Origin: Antedon mediterranea | Taxonomy: Eukaryota; Animalia; Echinodermata | Direction of reading: 5' to 3' | Assembly (NCBI RefSeq): GCF_964355755.1 | Contig: NC_092670.1 | Span: 31,794,388-31,858,387, forward strand | Length of the DNA: 64,000 nucleotides | In this document: piece by piece, positions 11,595 through 23,724 of the stretch | Position numbering within the stretch: position 1 is the stretch's first letter | Layout of the letters: each line of letters opens with the position of its first letter | Program-made: the position numbers and the translations under genes | Notes under the pieces: generated by a model | Seen by the model: only the letters and a program-made list of their open reading frames with translations | Told to the model about the DNA's origin: nothing | The model's database searches: none

Positions 11595-13000
11595 AATTAT
11601 AGACCGGTTTCATTGTTGCCAACTATTTCTAAAGTTTTTGAAAAAATTGTTCACGACCAAATTTTTAAACATATATCACCAGTTATTAGTGACCATCAAC
11701 ACGGATTTTACCCAGGAAGGTCTTGTGAAACAAATTTGTCTGTTCTGTTGTCACATGCGTATGACGCAATAAATGCAAAAGGGCAATGCGAAGTTGTATA
11801 TACAGACATGGCTAAAGCCTTTGACAGGGTCTCCCATAAATTGCTCTTGTTTAAACTTCAACAATTTGGTCTAAATCACGATTTAATTTTATTTTTTACA
11901 AGTTATTTATCGGACAGGTTTCAGAGAGTCACTTTTGATGGTAACGCGTCTGAATGGCTTCCTGTTTTATCTGGCGTGCCTCAGGGGTCTATTTTGGGGC
12001 CTCTTTTTTTCATTATGTTTATTAACGATTTTTCCTTTGTTCCTCGTCATTCTAATGTTCTTATGTTTGCTGACGATATTAAATTATTTAAGTCTATACT
12101 AACTTTAAATGATATGTTGTTGTTACAAGAAGACGTTGACAGACTCATTCACTGGTGCGACACTTGGAATATGTCAGTCAATGCCTCTAAATGCAAATCA
12201 ATGTCTTTTAAAAAAAAACCCATCTATTTTGACTTTTATATTAAGAATATTATACTTGAAAGAGTCTCTGTTCACAAAGACCTTGGTGTTTTTTTAGATA
12301 GTTCATTAACCTTCTGTAAACATATTGATTTTATAGTCTCTAAATGCAATAGACTTTTGGGTTTTCTTTGGAGACATTGCAGACATATCAACGATAAAAA
12401 GGCATTAGTTATTTTATACAAATCTTTAGTTAGGTCGAATCTTGAATTCTGCAGTGTTATTTTTAACTCTATTTCTCTTGCCCAGTCTTCTAGATTACAA
12501 AGTGTACAGAACAAGTTTTGTCGATTTTATGTGCGTAAATTTGGTTCTATTAGCAAAGACGTTCTTATTAATTTAGCGGGTAGGCGTAAGTTATTTGATT
12601 TAATTTTTCTTTTTAAGGCTGTGAACTCAATTTTTCATGGTAATTTTGAAGTGTACTTTCCTATTTCTGTTCCACAATATCAATTGCGTTATCCTGCTTT
12701 ATTTTCTATATCAAGAGGGAGGGTAAATATTACTAAAAATGGTTTTGTTAATCGTTTGCCTAAGTTATACCACTCACTATGTAAAATTGATGGATCTGTT
12801 GATATTTTTTTTGATTCCCTTGCTTGTTTCCGTCACAAGGTTTTGTCTAATGTCAGTAATATTTAAATGTTGTCTTGTTATCTGTTGATTTTTGCTTGTA
12901 TATTATATGTTATATTTTACGACTTTCAGCCCTGTTAATGGTGACGTTTGGTCACTGTAGGGTGATGATGAAATAAAATAAAAAAATTAAAAAAAATAAT
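11595..13000 (+). mobile_element. 5'-truncated LINE (CR1/L2/Jockey-group-like) with an A-rich tail
   Basis: Begins in-frame at NYRPVSLLP. The 3' UTR has a GTGAC-GTTTG-GTCAC stem and an AAATAAAATAAAAAA tail. AAATAAT flanks both ends; the paralog has the empty site AAATATAAATAATAAAGAGG at ~26150. Confidence 0.9.
11613..12866 (+). CDS. LINE ORF2 reverse transcriptase domain plus C-terminus (5'-truncated, no endonuclease, not a true start)
   Basis: QHGFYPGRSC, YTDMAKAFDRVSH, SGVPQGSILGPLFF, FADDIKLF and KDLGVFLD motifs in a 417-codon uninterrupted frame. Confidence 0.92.
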   Translation: MLPTISKVFEKIVHDQIFKHISPVISDHQHGFYPGRSCETNLSVLLSHAYDAINAKGQCEVVYTDMAKAFDRVSHKLLLFKLQQFGLNHDLILFFTSYLSDRFQRVTFDGNASEWLPVLSGVPQGSILGPLFFIMFINDFSFVPRHSNVLMFADDIKLFKSILTLNDMLLLQEDVDRLIHWCDTWNMSVNASKCKSMSFKKKPIYFDFYIKNIILERVSVHKDLGVFLDSSLTFCKHIDFIVSKCNRLLGFLWRHCRHINDKKALVILYKSLVRSNLEFCSVIFNSISLAQSSRLQSVQNKFCRFYVRKFGSISKDVLINLAGRRKLFDLIFLFKAVNSIFHGNFEVYFPISVPQYQLRYPALFSISRGRVNITKNGFVNRLPKLYHSLCKIDGSVDIFFDSLACFRHKVLSNVSNI

Positions 13001-13149
13001 AAAGAGGCAAAACTCAAGAAGTAACAAAATGTGAAGGTCTCCCTAAAAAAAAATAAATGTGACGGCAAACAAGCTAAGAAATACAAATAAATTGTAATCA
13101 TATTGATATTTGATTTAACACACAGAAACAAAAGAAAACAGTAAAGCAC

Positions 13150-13272
13150 AACAAGGCCATATACATGGCTGCAGACGCCTACTCAAGTTAGTGTTCACCG
13201 ACCAACCGACCGACCAACCGACCAACCGACCGACATAGTGAGCTGTAGAGTCGCGTTGCACGCGACTACAAA
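13150..13272 (-). mobile_element. Very short Helentron/HINE-like element
   Basis: On the minus strand: 5' palindrome AGTCGCGTGCAACGCGACT, then a (GTCG/GTTG)n microsatellite, then the 3' hairpin GCCATGTATATGGC followed by CTTGT. A partial copy lies at ~26280-26364. Confidence 0.6.
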
Positions 13273-13499
13273 AGACAAGATGATTATTACCATGGAAGCA
13301 CAGAAAACCAAAACAAATGTGTTTATTCTGTTGTACTTTTTTTGCGATGTTTTCAGTGAAGTATATCTAGAGTATTGTATATCCAAACAAAAGATAATTA
13401 GGCTGTGGTCTGAGAATAGAATCGAAAGAAAGTTTGCATTCTGTAAGTTTGTGCTTAATCCCTCATCTGAATAACGAGACAAATCACTTTGGATGAGAC

Positions 13500-13860
13500 A
13501 AGATCTTTATTTCTCTTTCTTCCATATTTTTATTTTGTTGTTCCTTTCATTCTTTTCTTTCATTATTTTGTTTTTCTTTCATTATTTTTTTTCATCATTT
13601 TGTTTTTCTTTCATTATTTTTTTTCATCATTTTGTTTTCTTTCATTATTTTTTTTTCATCATTTTGCTTTCTTTCATTATTTTTTTTTCTTTCATTATTT
13701 TCTTTCTTTCTGTTTTCCTTCTTTTTTATACTCTTTATTCTTTCCCTTTTTCTTTCTTTCATTACTTTCTCTTCTTTCATTATTTCAATTTATTTGTTTT
13801 CTTTCATTTATTTCTTTCTTTCTCTTCTTTTTCCATTCTTTCATTTCCTTTAATTTATAT
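13500..13860. repeat. T-rich low-complexity tandem repeat (TTTTCTTTCATTATTTT-like)
   Basis: Directly visible; produces spurious Phe-rich ORFs. Paralog at ~26590-26850. Confidence 0.85.
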
Positions 13861-14171
13861 CTTAGTAATCAACGCACGTGGTTCAATTATATATGACATA
13901 TACATGACAGCGATGCTTTTAGATTTAGATAGATATTTCTCATTATGATATCATGATTATGGATACTATTTATCAATGTAAATAATATGTATATAATCTA
14001 AAACGTTTTCTCCTCATTATAAAGACAAGTGTGGTTTTATGTCGGAATGCTTTTATTAATATTACGTTCAAATCACTTTTGATCAGAACTAGTGGTTTTC
14101 ACTATTAAACAGAATCGCTAACCTACCTTAGATCATTTTTTGCAATGTTATCAAATGGATTTATATTTCCA

Positions 14172-14665
14172 GCACTGTTTCAACTGAATGTTATCACTGT
14201 TTTAACTGAATTTTATCACTGTTTTAACTGAATTTTATCACTTTCTTAACTGAATTTTATCACTGTTTTAACTGAATTTTATCACTGTTTTAAATGAATT
14301 TTATCACTTTTTCAACTTAATTTTATCACTGTTTTAACTGAATTCTATCACTGTTTTAAGTGAATTTTATCACTGTTTTAGCTGAATTTTATCACTGTTT
14401 TAACTGAATTTTATCACTGTTTTAACTGAATTTTATAAGGGAAAAGTGAATTTCACTATTCCCAGATTTTATCAATATTACAACTGAAATCTATTACTGT
14501 TTTAACTGGATTAACTAAATTGTATAACTGGTTTAACTGAATTTTTATCAATGTTTAACTGAATTTTATCATTGTTTTAACTGAATTTTATAATAGAAAA
14601 GTAAATTTCACTATTTCCTGATTTTATCAATATTATAACTGAAATTTATTACTGTTTTAACTGGA
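14172..14665. repeat. 22-bp minisatellite TTTTATCACTGTTTTAACTGAA
   Basis: Directly visible tandem units that degenerate at the 3' end. Confidence 0.92.
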
Positions 14666-15822
14666 TATCATGTGAAAAAAGTTTTTAGTAAAATAATATT
14701 CGTTGCTATTTTTCTGTGTTTCAAAAAAAAAATCGCCTAGTGTTAAACAGGTATAATGATATATAAGATGTTTAAATTGTGTTAGGACTTTGAAATATTC
14801 ATGACGTATGCCTACGTTTGAGATAGAACGTGTCTTTATACACCTACCGATGTCATGTCACGTCACAACGTTACTACAACCGAAAATATTCATATATCAT
14901 TTTCAGTCGAATGTGGGCGTGTGTGAACATTCTATAAAAGCCCGCGTACACTATCACACATCGGCCTAATGCGTCGTCGAAATTGGTACAGCACATTCGA
15001 GTCAACGTCTACTATCATGTTGTAATTTTTAGCATTGAATTACAGGTCCATGATTAAACAACCACAATCAAGCAGCGAAAGATTAGTTATCCCATAAGAC
15101 GACAAGCGGGCATCTTAGAAATGACCCGTAATGGTTGGAAAATAACACACAATATAAACACCAAGATATCCGTATTTTATAAAAGTTCATACATTTATTA
15201 ATTTATTTTGTATAATAAAATATATCGCATTCAATTATTTGTATACAGTTAATGGTAATTTTTTATTTTTAAAAACAATTGTATTTACATGATTAGTCAA
15301 TACATCATCATCCCATCATCTGAAAAGATATAAAATACAAAATAATGTGTTTACATGATTCTATAGGAACTAAATTAATATGTCAGGCTATGACTTAAAA
15401 TTAGTAGTTTGGCTGTTGTTAGGTGTATGTTTTACATCAAATAATATAGTAGGCGTTTTGGGGTTTAAAAAAAATGAAGTACCGTATAGTGGAGTCATAA
15501 TACTGTTCTATCAATAGTAATAGTACTTAAGGTTTAGTTTTGTTATTGCAGACTTACGTCATGTTCCTTTCAAATGTGTTTGTAATGGCTCCCGATTGCT
15601 TATAGTTTTGTATTCGCGGCAACAATATATCTCCGATGTTGGAAGTGATGATCTTCTTTGGTCGGTAAATTGCATCCAAATTTGTTATGTTAGTCAGTGA
15701 ATTTAATTCTGCTGTAAGTTGCTGAATGAAGCTATGAAGAATAAAAAACAATAAATGTATTACTTGTATTTAAATCTTGACAAACATTCACTAATGCTCT
15801 ACAGTCAACAATCTTAACATAG

Positions 15823-16290
15823 TCAATTCAATTCAATTCAAAGCAGGCACAAGCCCAGGGCGTACCTATAACTGACACAGACAATAACAACAACAAAATA
15901 AATTAATAATAAATAAATAAAAAATTGACCGAAGAATAGTTAATATTTGGAAATAAGGTGAATTTTAAATTTAGATAAAAATGATTTACTAGAAACAGAG
16001 TTTAAGATGGAGAGTGACAGATCGTTCCAAAAAGTGGATCCGGAATACCTAATGTTGTGTTGAAAGTGGTTGGTTTTATGGGTTGGAATATGTAGTTTTG
16101 AACTAATACGGGTATGATGATAATAAATTAAAGAATTAGGAGCAAAGATGTTTAGGAAGGTTAGAATTAATAGAAGAAAAGATGAAAGAGCCTTGTTGTG
16201 TTAGATTGATATCAGAGACTTAGAGAAGATGAAGATTGGAAAAAAGATGAGATGAATGAGACAGGGGTGGGGCGCCAGATATAACCCTGA
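15823..16290 (-). mobile_element. Degenerate LINE 3' end (L2/CR1-group-like) with a (TTGAA)n tail
   Basis: Minus strand reads HHTRISSKLHIPTHKTNHFQHNIRYSGSTFWNDL..., typical of an ORF2 C-terminus, followed by a short UTR and TTGAATTGAATTGAATTG. Confidence 0.65.
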
Positions 16291-17756
16291 TGGCCTTTTT
16301 TTTTAAAGTTTGAAATCCAATGGGTTTGTATCTGATTTACTGTTTTTTATTTTTTTATAAGCTAAATCATTATTTGTTTAATATCCTGACTACAAAATGA
16401 CATTTCAATGTTTGATTTTAGTATTCTTTATTTTTGCATAAAAAACGTAACGTAATATCCTTTAGTATCCGATTAGATCATAGTTCAAGAAGTTTGATTT
16501 TCACTCAGATGAAGAACATGGTGACTGAGTTGTTCAACCCAACCCAATATATTTATAGAAAAGACAACTAGAAGAGATACAGACCAAGGTTATCAAGTTG
16601 TTTGATAGCCTTGCACACTAGACTAATGAAAGTGGTCGGTTCTGTTGGGGAAGATTACCAAAAATCAGAAGACAACTCAACATCTTGTGATTAAGTTCTT
16701 GACATGGCCACAAGTTTGAGCATTGAAGTAGTGACGGGAAAAACATTTTACAAGCAACAAAATACAGTACATGGGATATGAGTGGTCTGCACTACGTACA
16801 TTTTTGTTGGTATCTTTATGTATGCTTACCTATATCCAGTGAACAAAAAAATCGATGTTAACATTAAATATTCTCATTCCTAAGGTGGGATTTTAACGCA
16901 TTTCTAATTATACCAATCAGTTCCACAGTTTTGGACAATTTTGGAGTAGGTAACACAAATATCTGTAAGTGCAGTTTTCCGTGCTCATAATTTTTGGTAT
17001 CAATGTATAAAGCAATGTCTCTTTATTTTGATGTAATTAAATAAATAATGTCGTCACATAAGGATATAAGGTTATGTTTTTTTAAAGATGTAAAATGAAG
17101 ATTAATTACAGCAGACTTTGATTATTTGTAGTTTCAATATAGTTAATCAATTGCGTAGAAACAAAACCAAGAAAAAACCATATTTTTTACTAAAATGACA
17201 AAATAAATGGTTAAATTCAACCAAAAATCCATTGGCTGGCAGCCAATTTGACTTGTTTGCTTTAAATTACAGTTTTTCAGGTAAATAATTTTTTTTTTCG
17301 ATCCAAGTGGATAACTATTATATGATATTAAAATGGCCTAATCAACAAAAAGATGTAAAATATTTTTTCAGGGGAACAATACATCTTTAAATAATGAACA
17401 TTTCCGTATCTAAAACATGTAAATATTATTTTAAAGATATGACTATTATATCTAAATTCATTCACATGCCCGTGTCTTTCATCATCTTGTATTAAAAATT
17501 AAATTAAATTTCAACAATCCGTGTAAGAGTTATTGAAACGTTTACCTTATTTGAAAGTGAAATATTACAATAAAATGCTGTAATTTTTAAAATGGCCGTT
17601 ACTATGGGCACAAGATACATATATTAAAAACAATTTTATTAGTGCATGTTTCAACCAAACCTCTTTCATTGTGCAAATTTTAAAGAAAATCTATATTTTT
17701 GACCTGGCCACCTAAAGGTCGATATTTATAGACAACTGCTCTTAAGTCTTTGGATA

Positions 17757-20561
17757 TAGTCCAGTAAAGATAAGTCAAAAATAGGGTGAACCTAGAACAA
17801 ATTGCAACAGAATTTTTTTTTGTTTTGTCTGGTAAATATGGTTCAAATGAATATCATATCCAAAGTTTACCAAAATCGGACATCGGGAAGTGGGTTAATT
17901 AGCATAAATTCAAAATGGCCGCCTTTTGCTATTTTGAAGCCTCATATCTCTCTAACGGTTGGATTTAGACCACCTAAGTGCATTACGAGTAGATATAAAT
18001 GTGATATTAAACATTCTAATTAGCATATTTAAATTTTCATATGACGTACTTATGACGTCATATGGTAGTTGTGACGTCATATATTATGTTATAACTGTTT
18101 AAATGACATTATACTATTCGAAAAATTTAGGGACTGCAAGAAAACATGTTTCTTGACATTTTCCTTGTTAAAATGAACATTATTTCCAAAGTTTACCAAA
18201 ATCGGACGTCAGGAAGTGGGTTAATTAGCATACATTCAAAATGGCCGCTATTTATCATACCATTTTGAAGCTCCATATCTCCTTAACGCTTGGTTTTAGA
18301 CCACCTAAGTGCATTGAGAGTAGATATAAATGTGATATTAAACTTTATAGTTAGCATATTTAAATTGCCATATAACGTACCTATGATGTCATAAGACATA
18401 TGACGTCATGTATTTTGTCACAATAATGCTCAATTGGCATTATTCTAAGGGGAAAATATAGAAACCGAAAGGAAAAAATGTTTTTAATCTCATGAAAATA
18501 GTAGAACATTTACCACATCCAGGTTAAGATCATGGGTATCAGAAGTTATTCGGCCACCCTTCACAACATGCAATAGAACATTCCAGTTAATTTTCTGCAA
18601 CTGCAACTTTTTATAACTGCATATATATCTCATATATCTCATATATATTTAAAGAAATAGGATTCTTAATTAAGTAATGAGTCTGGGATTTAATAATTCG
18701 ACCCCATCCTAAATATGGAGTTGGATCACAGTAAGTTTCCAATCCAAAGTACATACATAGAAAATGTAATGTTGGCGCCGTCAAAACACTTCCACCATAC
18801 ATGTAGGCACAGCAAGTCTACTTCATTGGCTTTTCTGATGTCTTTTTAAATTTTGGACCAAACAGTTCTTGCTTAGAATAGAATGCATCCCCCTGTTTCT
18901 TTGCAAGTGCAGAGCATTACAAAGATGTTGCAAATTTGCTCATTAAGATGTTTTCTTTAAGTACCAATTATTCCACTATTTTTTGCTTCTTCTGTCTTAA
19001 AACGCAATCGCTTTTTTTAATTATGGCAAAGTAAGATATTTAATAGATCCCCATCTGCATTCAAAGTTTCTATTCCATTTTTCTGCCATTTTTTGTCAAG
19101 GAAGTTGAATACTGTCTTGTCGAAAAATAAAATACTGTAATTAGTAGTGGCAAGTTTGAAAATTAGTGTATTACCTTAACAACCCCTTTTTGGATTCCGT
19201 TGATGTGTATCTTTTAACTGATGGTTCTTCATCCTAGTTAACACTAGGATGAAGTGTCCTTGTTATATGCTCATTGCATCTTGGAAACAGCATTCAAAAG
19301 ATAAACATTATATAAAACATCATAAAAAGTTGTTGTCTCATAAATGATCGACACCAAACAGATGCAATGAAATAGCAAATTTGAAAGAGCAGAATGGAGA
19401 TGCTGACTATACAGAAAACTACAGTATGACAATTATCATTTTCATTTCAATTGAGATGAGTTTGTGGGAATGATGGGTTTGAATAGCCTGACCCACAATC
19501 AATCACCTCATTACAATATTTTTTTTATTCCTTTACCAATTTAAAGAGATAAAGTTCTAAAAGATGTAGTTTTAGAAAACACAAAACAAGATGTGCGCTT
19601 GAGTACAAATCAGTTTCGGAAATACAGTTGATGATCACCTTTCATACGGTTCTGTAGAATATTTATTTTCATAAGATTTTGTAAATGGAAACTTAATGAT
19701 AAATTTCAATGGTTTTTACATATATAATCTACTCGTAATGCACATAGGCTGTCTAAACCCAACCGCTAAGGAGATACAGGGCTTCAAAATGGTATTTTGA
19801 ATTTATGCTAATTGACCCTCTTGAAGTCTGATTTTGGTGAACTTAGGATATCATGTTCATTTCAACAGGAAATTTTTAGCATGGGATAATGCCATTTAAG
19901 CAGTTATAACATAATATATGACGTCACAACTACCTTATGACGTCATATTTACGTCATATGGTAATTTAAATGTGCTAATTGGGAAGTTTAATGTCACATT
20001 TATATCTACTCGCAATGCACTTTGGTGGTCTAAAACCACCATTAAGGAGATATAGGGCTTCAAAATGATATAGTAAATAGCGGCCATTTTTAATTTATGC
20101 TAATTAACACACTTCCTGACGTCCGATTTTGGTAAACTTTGGAAATTATGTTCATTTCAACAAGGAGAATGTTAGGAAACTTGTTTTTCTGCAGTTTCTA
20201 AATTGTTCGCATAGTATAATGTCATTTAAGCATTTATAACATAATTTATGACGTCACAACTACCATATGACGTCATAGTTACGTCCTATGGAAATTTAAA
20301 TATGCCAGTTAGAATGTTTAATATCACATTTATATCTACTTGTAATGCATATAGGTGGTCTAAATCCAACGGTTAAGGAGATATGGGGCTTTAAAATAGC
20401 AAATGGCGGCCATTTTAAATTTATGCTAATTAACCCACTTCCCGATGTCCGATTTTGGTAAACTTTGGATATGATGTTCATGTTCACCATATCAACCAAA
20501 TAAAACAAAAAAAAATTCTGTTGCAATTTGTTCTAGGTTCAACCATATTTTTACTGGACTA
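17757..20561. mobile_element. ~2.8 kb foldback-type DNA transposon with long inverted arms built from ~320 bp sub-repeats
   Basis: TAGTCCAGTAAA at the left end and TTTACTGGACTA at the right. 17757-18480 is the inverted counterpart of ~19700-20561, as shown by mirror ORFs 17802..18023(+) and 20296..20526(-). Confidence 0.82.
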
Positions 20562-22425
20562 ATAGTGGAATTATTTTTACAGTGTTGAAGCATATGAACT
20601 CATAACATTTTAGTTGGTATAGCCAATAATCTTAATCACCTATTATCACAACCACCAACACCACAATTGTTGTAGCGACGATTATAGTAGGTTTACTGAG
20701 ATTGAATCTACTTAGAACTGTATTGTGTAGCCTAACTTTGCATTAGACCAACTATAAGACTACATATAGTTACGATATTTATTTTTACTTTACTACAATT
20801 ACCTACGTGTGATACCGATATGTTTTTCTTAATTTGTATAGACCAACGAATGCTTTAAGAAGAGGTTTAAGAGGGACCGAATTACTACGTCAACAATGAC
20901 ATACTTTTATGGTATCTGTATTGACAAACTATAAGCCAATTGTGGCATGAGATTCATTTAATTCATCAACCCACGTGACCATGTTACTTGCAATTCATGC
21001 GAGTTCAGTGTAACTGCACTATTGTATCAACAGTTCGAGGCACCACACAGCACACAACTCTGTAAAAGTGCGAGGCACCACACCACACAACACACAACTA
21101 TGTAAACGTGACAATGAAATACACATTTAATTAGTCCATAAGTCCATAAGACATTAGATGGTTAAAAAGCACCAGTATTACTAAAATCAAATCATTACAT
21201 TCTACTAAAATTTGATGTTGCTCAATCGTGTGTTTTTAAATCACAAAATGTTGTGATCGATGAATCAATAAGCTGGTAGAGGTGTGATCAAACCTGTTTT
21301 ATAAATCATTGTTGCTGTCAAACTGTCTGTTTAATGCATTACTAAACCCAGACATTAAAAGCAGAAAATGCATATTTCCCATTTTAAATCAATTAAGGAT
21401 AATAAGCCCGGACGTAAACGGAATAAAACATACTAAAGCCCGGCGTATACTAGAGCTATCGTCTGAGCCAACTGGCAAGAGTAACACTTGGCTCACTAAA
21501 AAATTGGCCGCAAATTGTGATCGCGTTCTATCGAACGCACACTTGACATCTAAAACGATGTTTTAGATTCTATGTCTGCATTCTTTAAATATCGTTGCTT
21601 TCCAATAATTGTGTTAAATTTCTTTAGATTCGTTCCTGTGGTTTTCTCTAAAATAGATTCACTACCTAATCTTACTATACATCATGCGTGCAGTGTAATC
21701 ATGTGTTCATTTCCAGCACTAATTATGCCTATCAAGTATCAGCTATTCATTTATTTTAATTTAATTTGATGTACAGTTCAAACGATTTTAATACAAGCAA
21801 TACAAGTACAATTAATATTATTATTATCATAGGATATTACTGCCTTGTAGATTATTATTTAGTTTTAATAAATGCTTCTCTTGACGTGTAAACGAGAAAC
21901 TATGGTAACATGCGGAGAATCATCGTACAAGTATTTGGTTATTTTACTAAGTACGAGACTATTTTAGATGCCATTCAATACAATTTGTTGACAGAGGTAA
22001 AACGTGCTGTCGTTTGATCAGGATCATTTTTTTATATTCATTCAGGTAGGTATATGTTACATTTTAATTAGGTAAACAGTATTACTTTTGTTTATGATGT
22101 TAATGTACATGTTGCTGCATGCTTTAATACTAAGCCTCTGTTTCCTACCTTTACACATAAAACCGAACGTCCATGCATTTCCGGTGGCATGTTATTAAAC
22201 AATTTACATTTTTGTCGTGATTATTTCACTTTAAATATACTCGTATTTTATCGTTTTAAATTAATGTAAACTTCAAAAATCTTCCACTAATTTAATGTTA
22301 TACACTACAGAAAATGTTAGTATACTTAGTCCCAAAAAAAAATATTTGTGTGTGATGCTGGGTTCGGGTTGCAAAAAGTAGATATAACCTAGAACAATTC
22401 GAGGCGACGGTGCATTTCTTTTCAG

Positions 22426-22689
22426 GGTGTCCAACTGGATGGCATTACAATGCTGTATTTTCAAAATGCTACTGGGTCACCGACACATTGGGTAGCTGGG
22501 ATTCTGCAAGAGATATATGCCGCCAGAATGTTGGTGATTTGGTTGAAATTTATAGTGAAGAAGAAAACTCGTGGATACTTAACCGATTTATAGAAGATAT
22601 CACATCATATGGAGCTTGGATTGGCTACCATGATAAAGACATAGAAAACCAGTTTCAGTGGGTGTCAGGGAGGAATGCAAACTACACAA
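22426..22689 (+). CDS. CTL-HYR gene copy B: exon encoding the N-terminal part of a C-type lectin domain
   Basis: TTTTCAG acceptor, phase 1-1: CPTGWHYNAVFSKCYWV...SWDSARDICRQNVGDLVEIYSEEEN...AWIGYHD...FQWVSGRNANYT. Confidence 0.9.
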
Positions 22690-23496
22690 GTAGGCCTAAA
22701 TGCTTTGATACTTCTACATTTTGTAAATACGAAGATATTTTAGTAGATTGATTACCCAGTAAATGATAGAATATACGACTGTATCGATAACGATACTAAA
22801 TGTGTTATTGCTAATGAATCATGTTCGAGAGTGGAATCTTTTTTAATGTTTTATAACACTGTACGTAAGTAAACTATTATACAATTTTCTCTGTCGAATA
22901 GAAACAGAGACACAGTTTATCATTTTACTAAATCTTATATATGTTTTGATGTTATAGATTTCGGAATAAATAACTTTTTATACCTACCTGTTTGTATGTA
23001 AAGGGATTTAATACGGACTAATGATTTGAGAAATTCGTATTCCAATAATAATGGATGAGACGGTTATGCGAGTATCGCTCTACCATTTTAAGGATCGCAA
23101 CTATTCATATTTAGACATTATGTCGCACACGTTTAACTTTGCTATATTTATTAGATTTGTTTACGGATTCTCACTAAGAAGCCCATGTAATTAGCTGTAA
23201 GGCTACCGCTCAAGACTATAAATCAAAATCACACTGGATATCATCGAGTTATAATACAATTCTATAATTTTTGGATCAATATTAAATGTACGTTATTTCG
23301 GTGATTGATAGAACGTACTTTTAACCGCGGATAAAGAAAACAAATCATACCAACACTATAACCCCATAGAGAGGCGCTAACCATCACCAGAACCCCTTAC
23401 ATTAGTCTGTGGTATTTATGTATCTATCTGTAATTCCTTAGATGTTCATAATACCGATAGAAAATATTTGGCCCTGTTCTAATTCGTTTTGTTTAG

Positions 23497-23622
23497 ATTG
23501 GGATCCTGTTGAACCCAACAACAACGGAAATGAAGATTGTGCTATACTGATTAAACCTCCGAAAGGTACTTGGGGTGATAAACGGTGTGCAAGTAAGATG
23601 TTTGTAGCTATATGTGAAAAGT
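23497..23622 (+). CDS. CTL-HYR gene copy B: exon encoding the C-terminal half of the C-type lectin domain
   Basis: Phase 1-1: NWDPVEPNNNGNEDCAILIKPPKGTWGDKRCASKMFVAICEK, with a GTAAGT donor. Confidence 0.88.
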
Positions 23623-23724
23623 GTAAGTGATAATATATTGCATTTAGTAGATTCACATCACATTGATAAAACAATATTTTATATCAGTTTTGCTAACTAT
23701 GATATTATCAATAATTTTCTCAAG

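Larger units (their letters stand above)
3369..14500 (+). repeat. Segmental duplication copy A (paralogous to 22940-27975)
   Basis: Collinear near-identical blocks: 3370-3915 vs 22940-23292, 4535-5330 vs 23295-23949, 7238-7646 vs 23950-24388, 8980-9820 vs 25050-25895, 13000-14500 vs 26150-27975. Confidence 0.92.

Noticed and set aside
11613-12866. RT ORF as a retron, DGR or domesticated RT system
   Set aside because: It has non-LTR ORF2 motifs, a 5' truncation, an A-rich tail and an empty paralogous site, so it is an ordinary LINE insertion.
13489-13948. Phe-rich ORFs resembling membrane proteins (also 26574-26966)
   Set aside because: Products of T-rich low-complexity repeats.
14172-14665. 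Regular 22-bp repeats (also 27512-27975) as a CRISPR-like array
   Set aside because: The units are contiguous with no unique spacers, there are no cas genes, and the context is eukaryotic.
21900-22050. Signal-peptide exon for lectin copy B
   Set aside because: Donor-like sites exist at 22045 and 22049, but the frames compatible with exon 22426 contain stops or lack an ATG.
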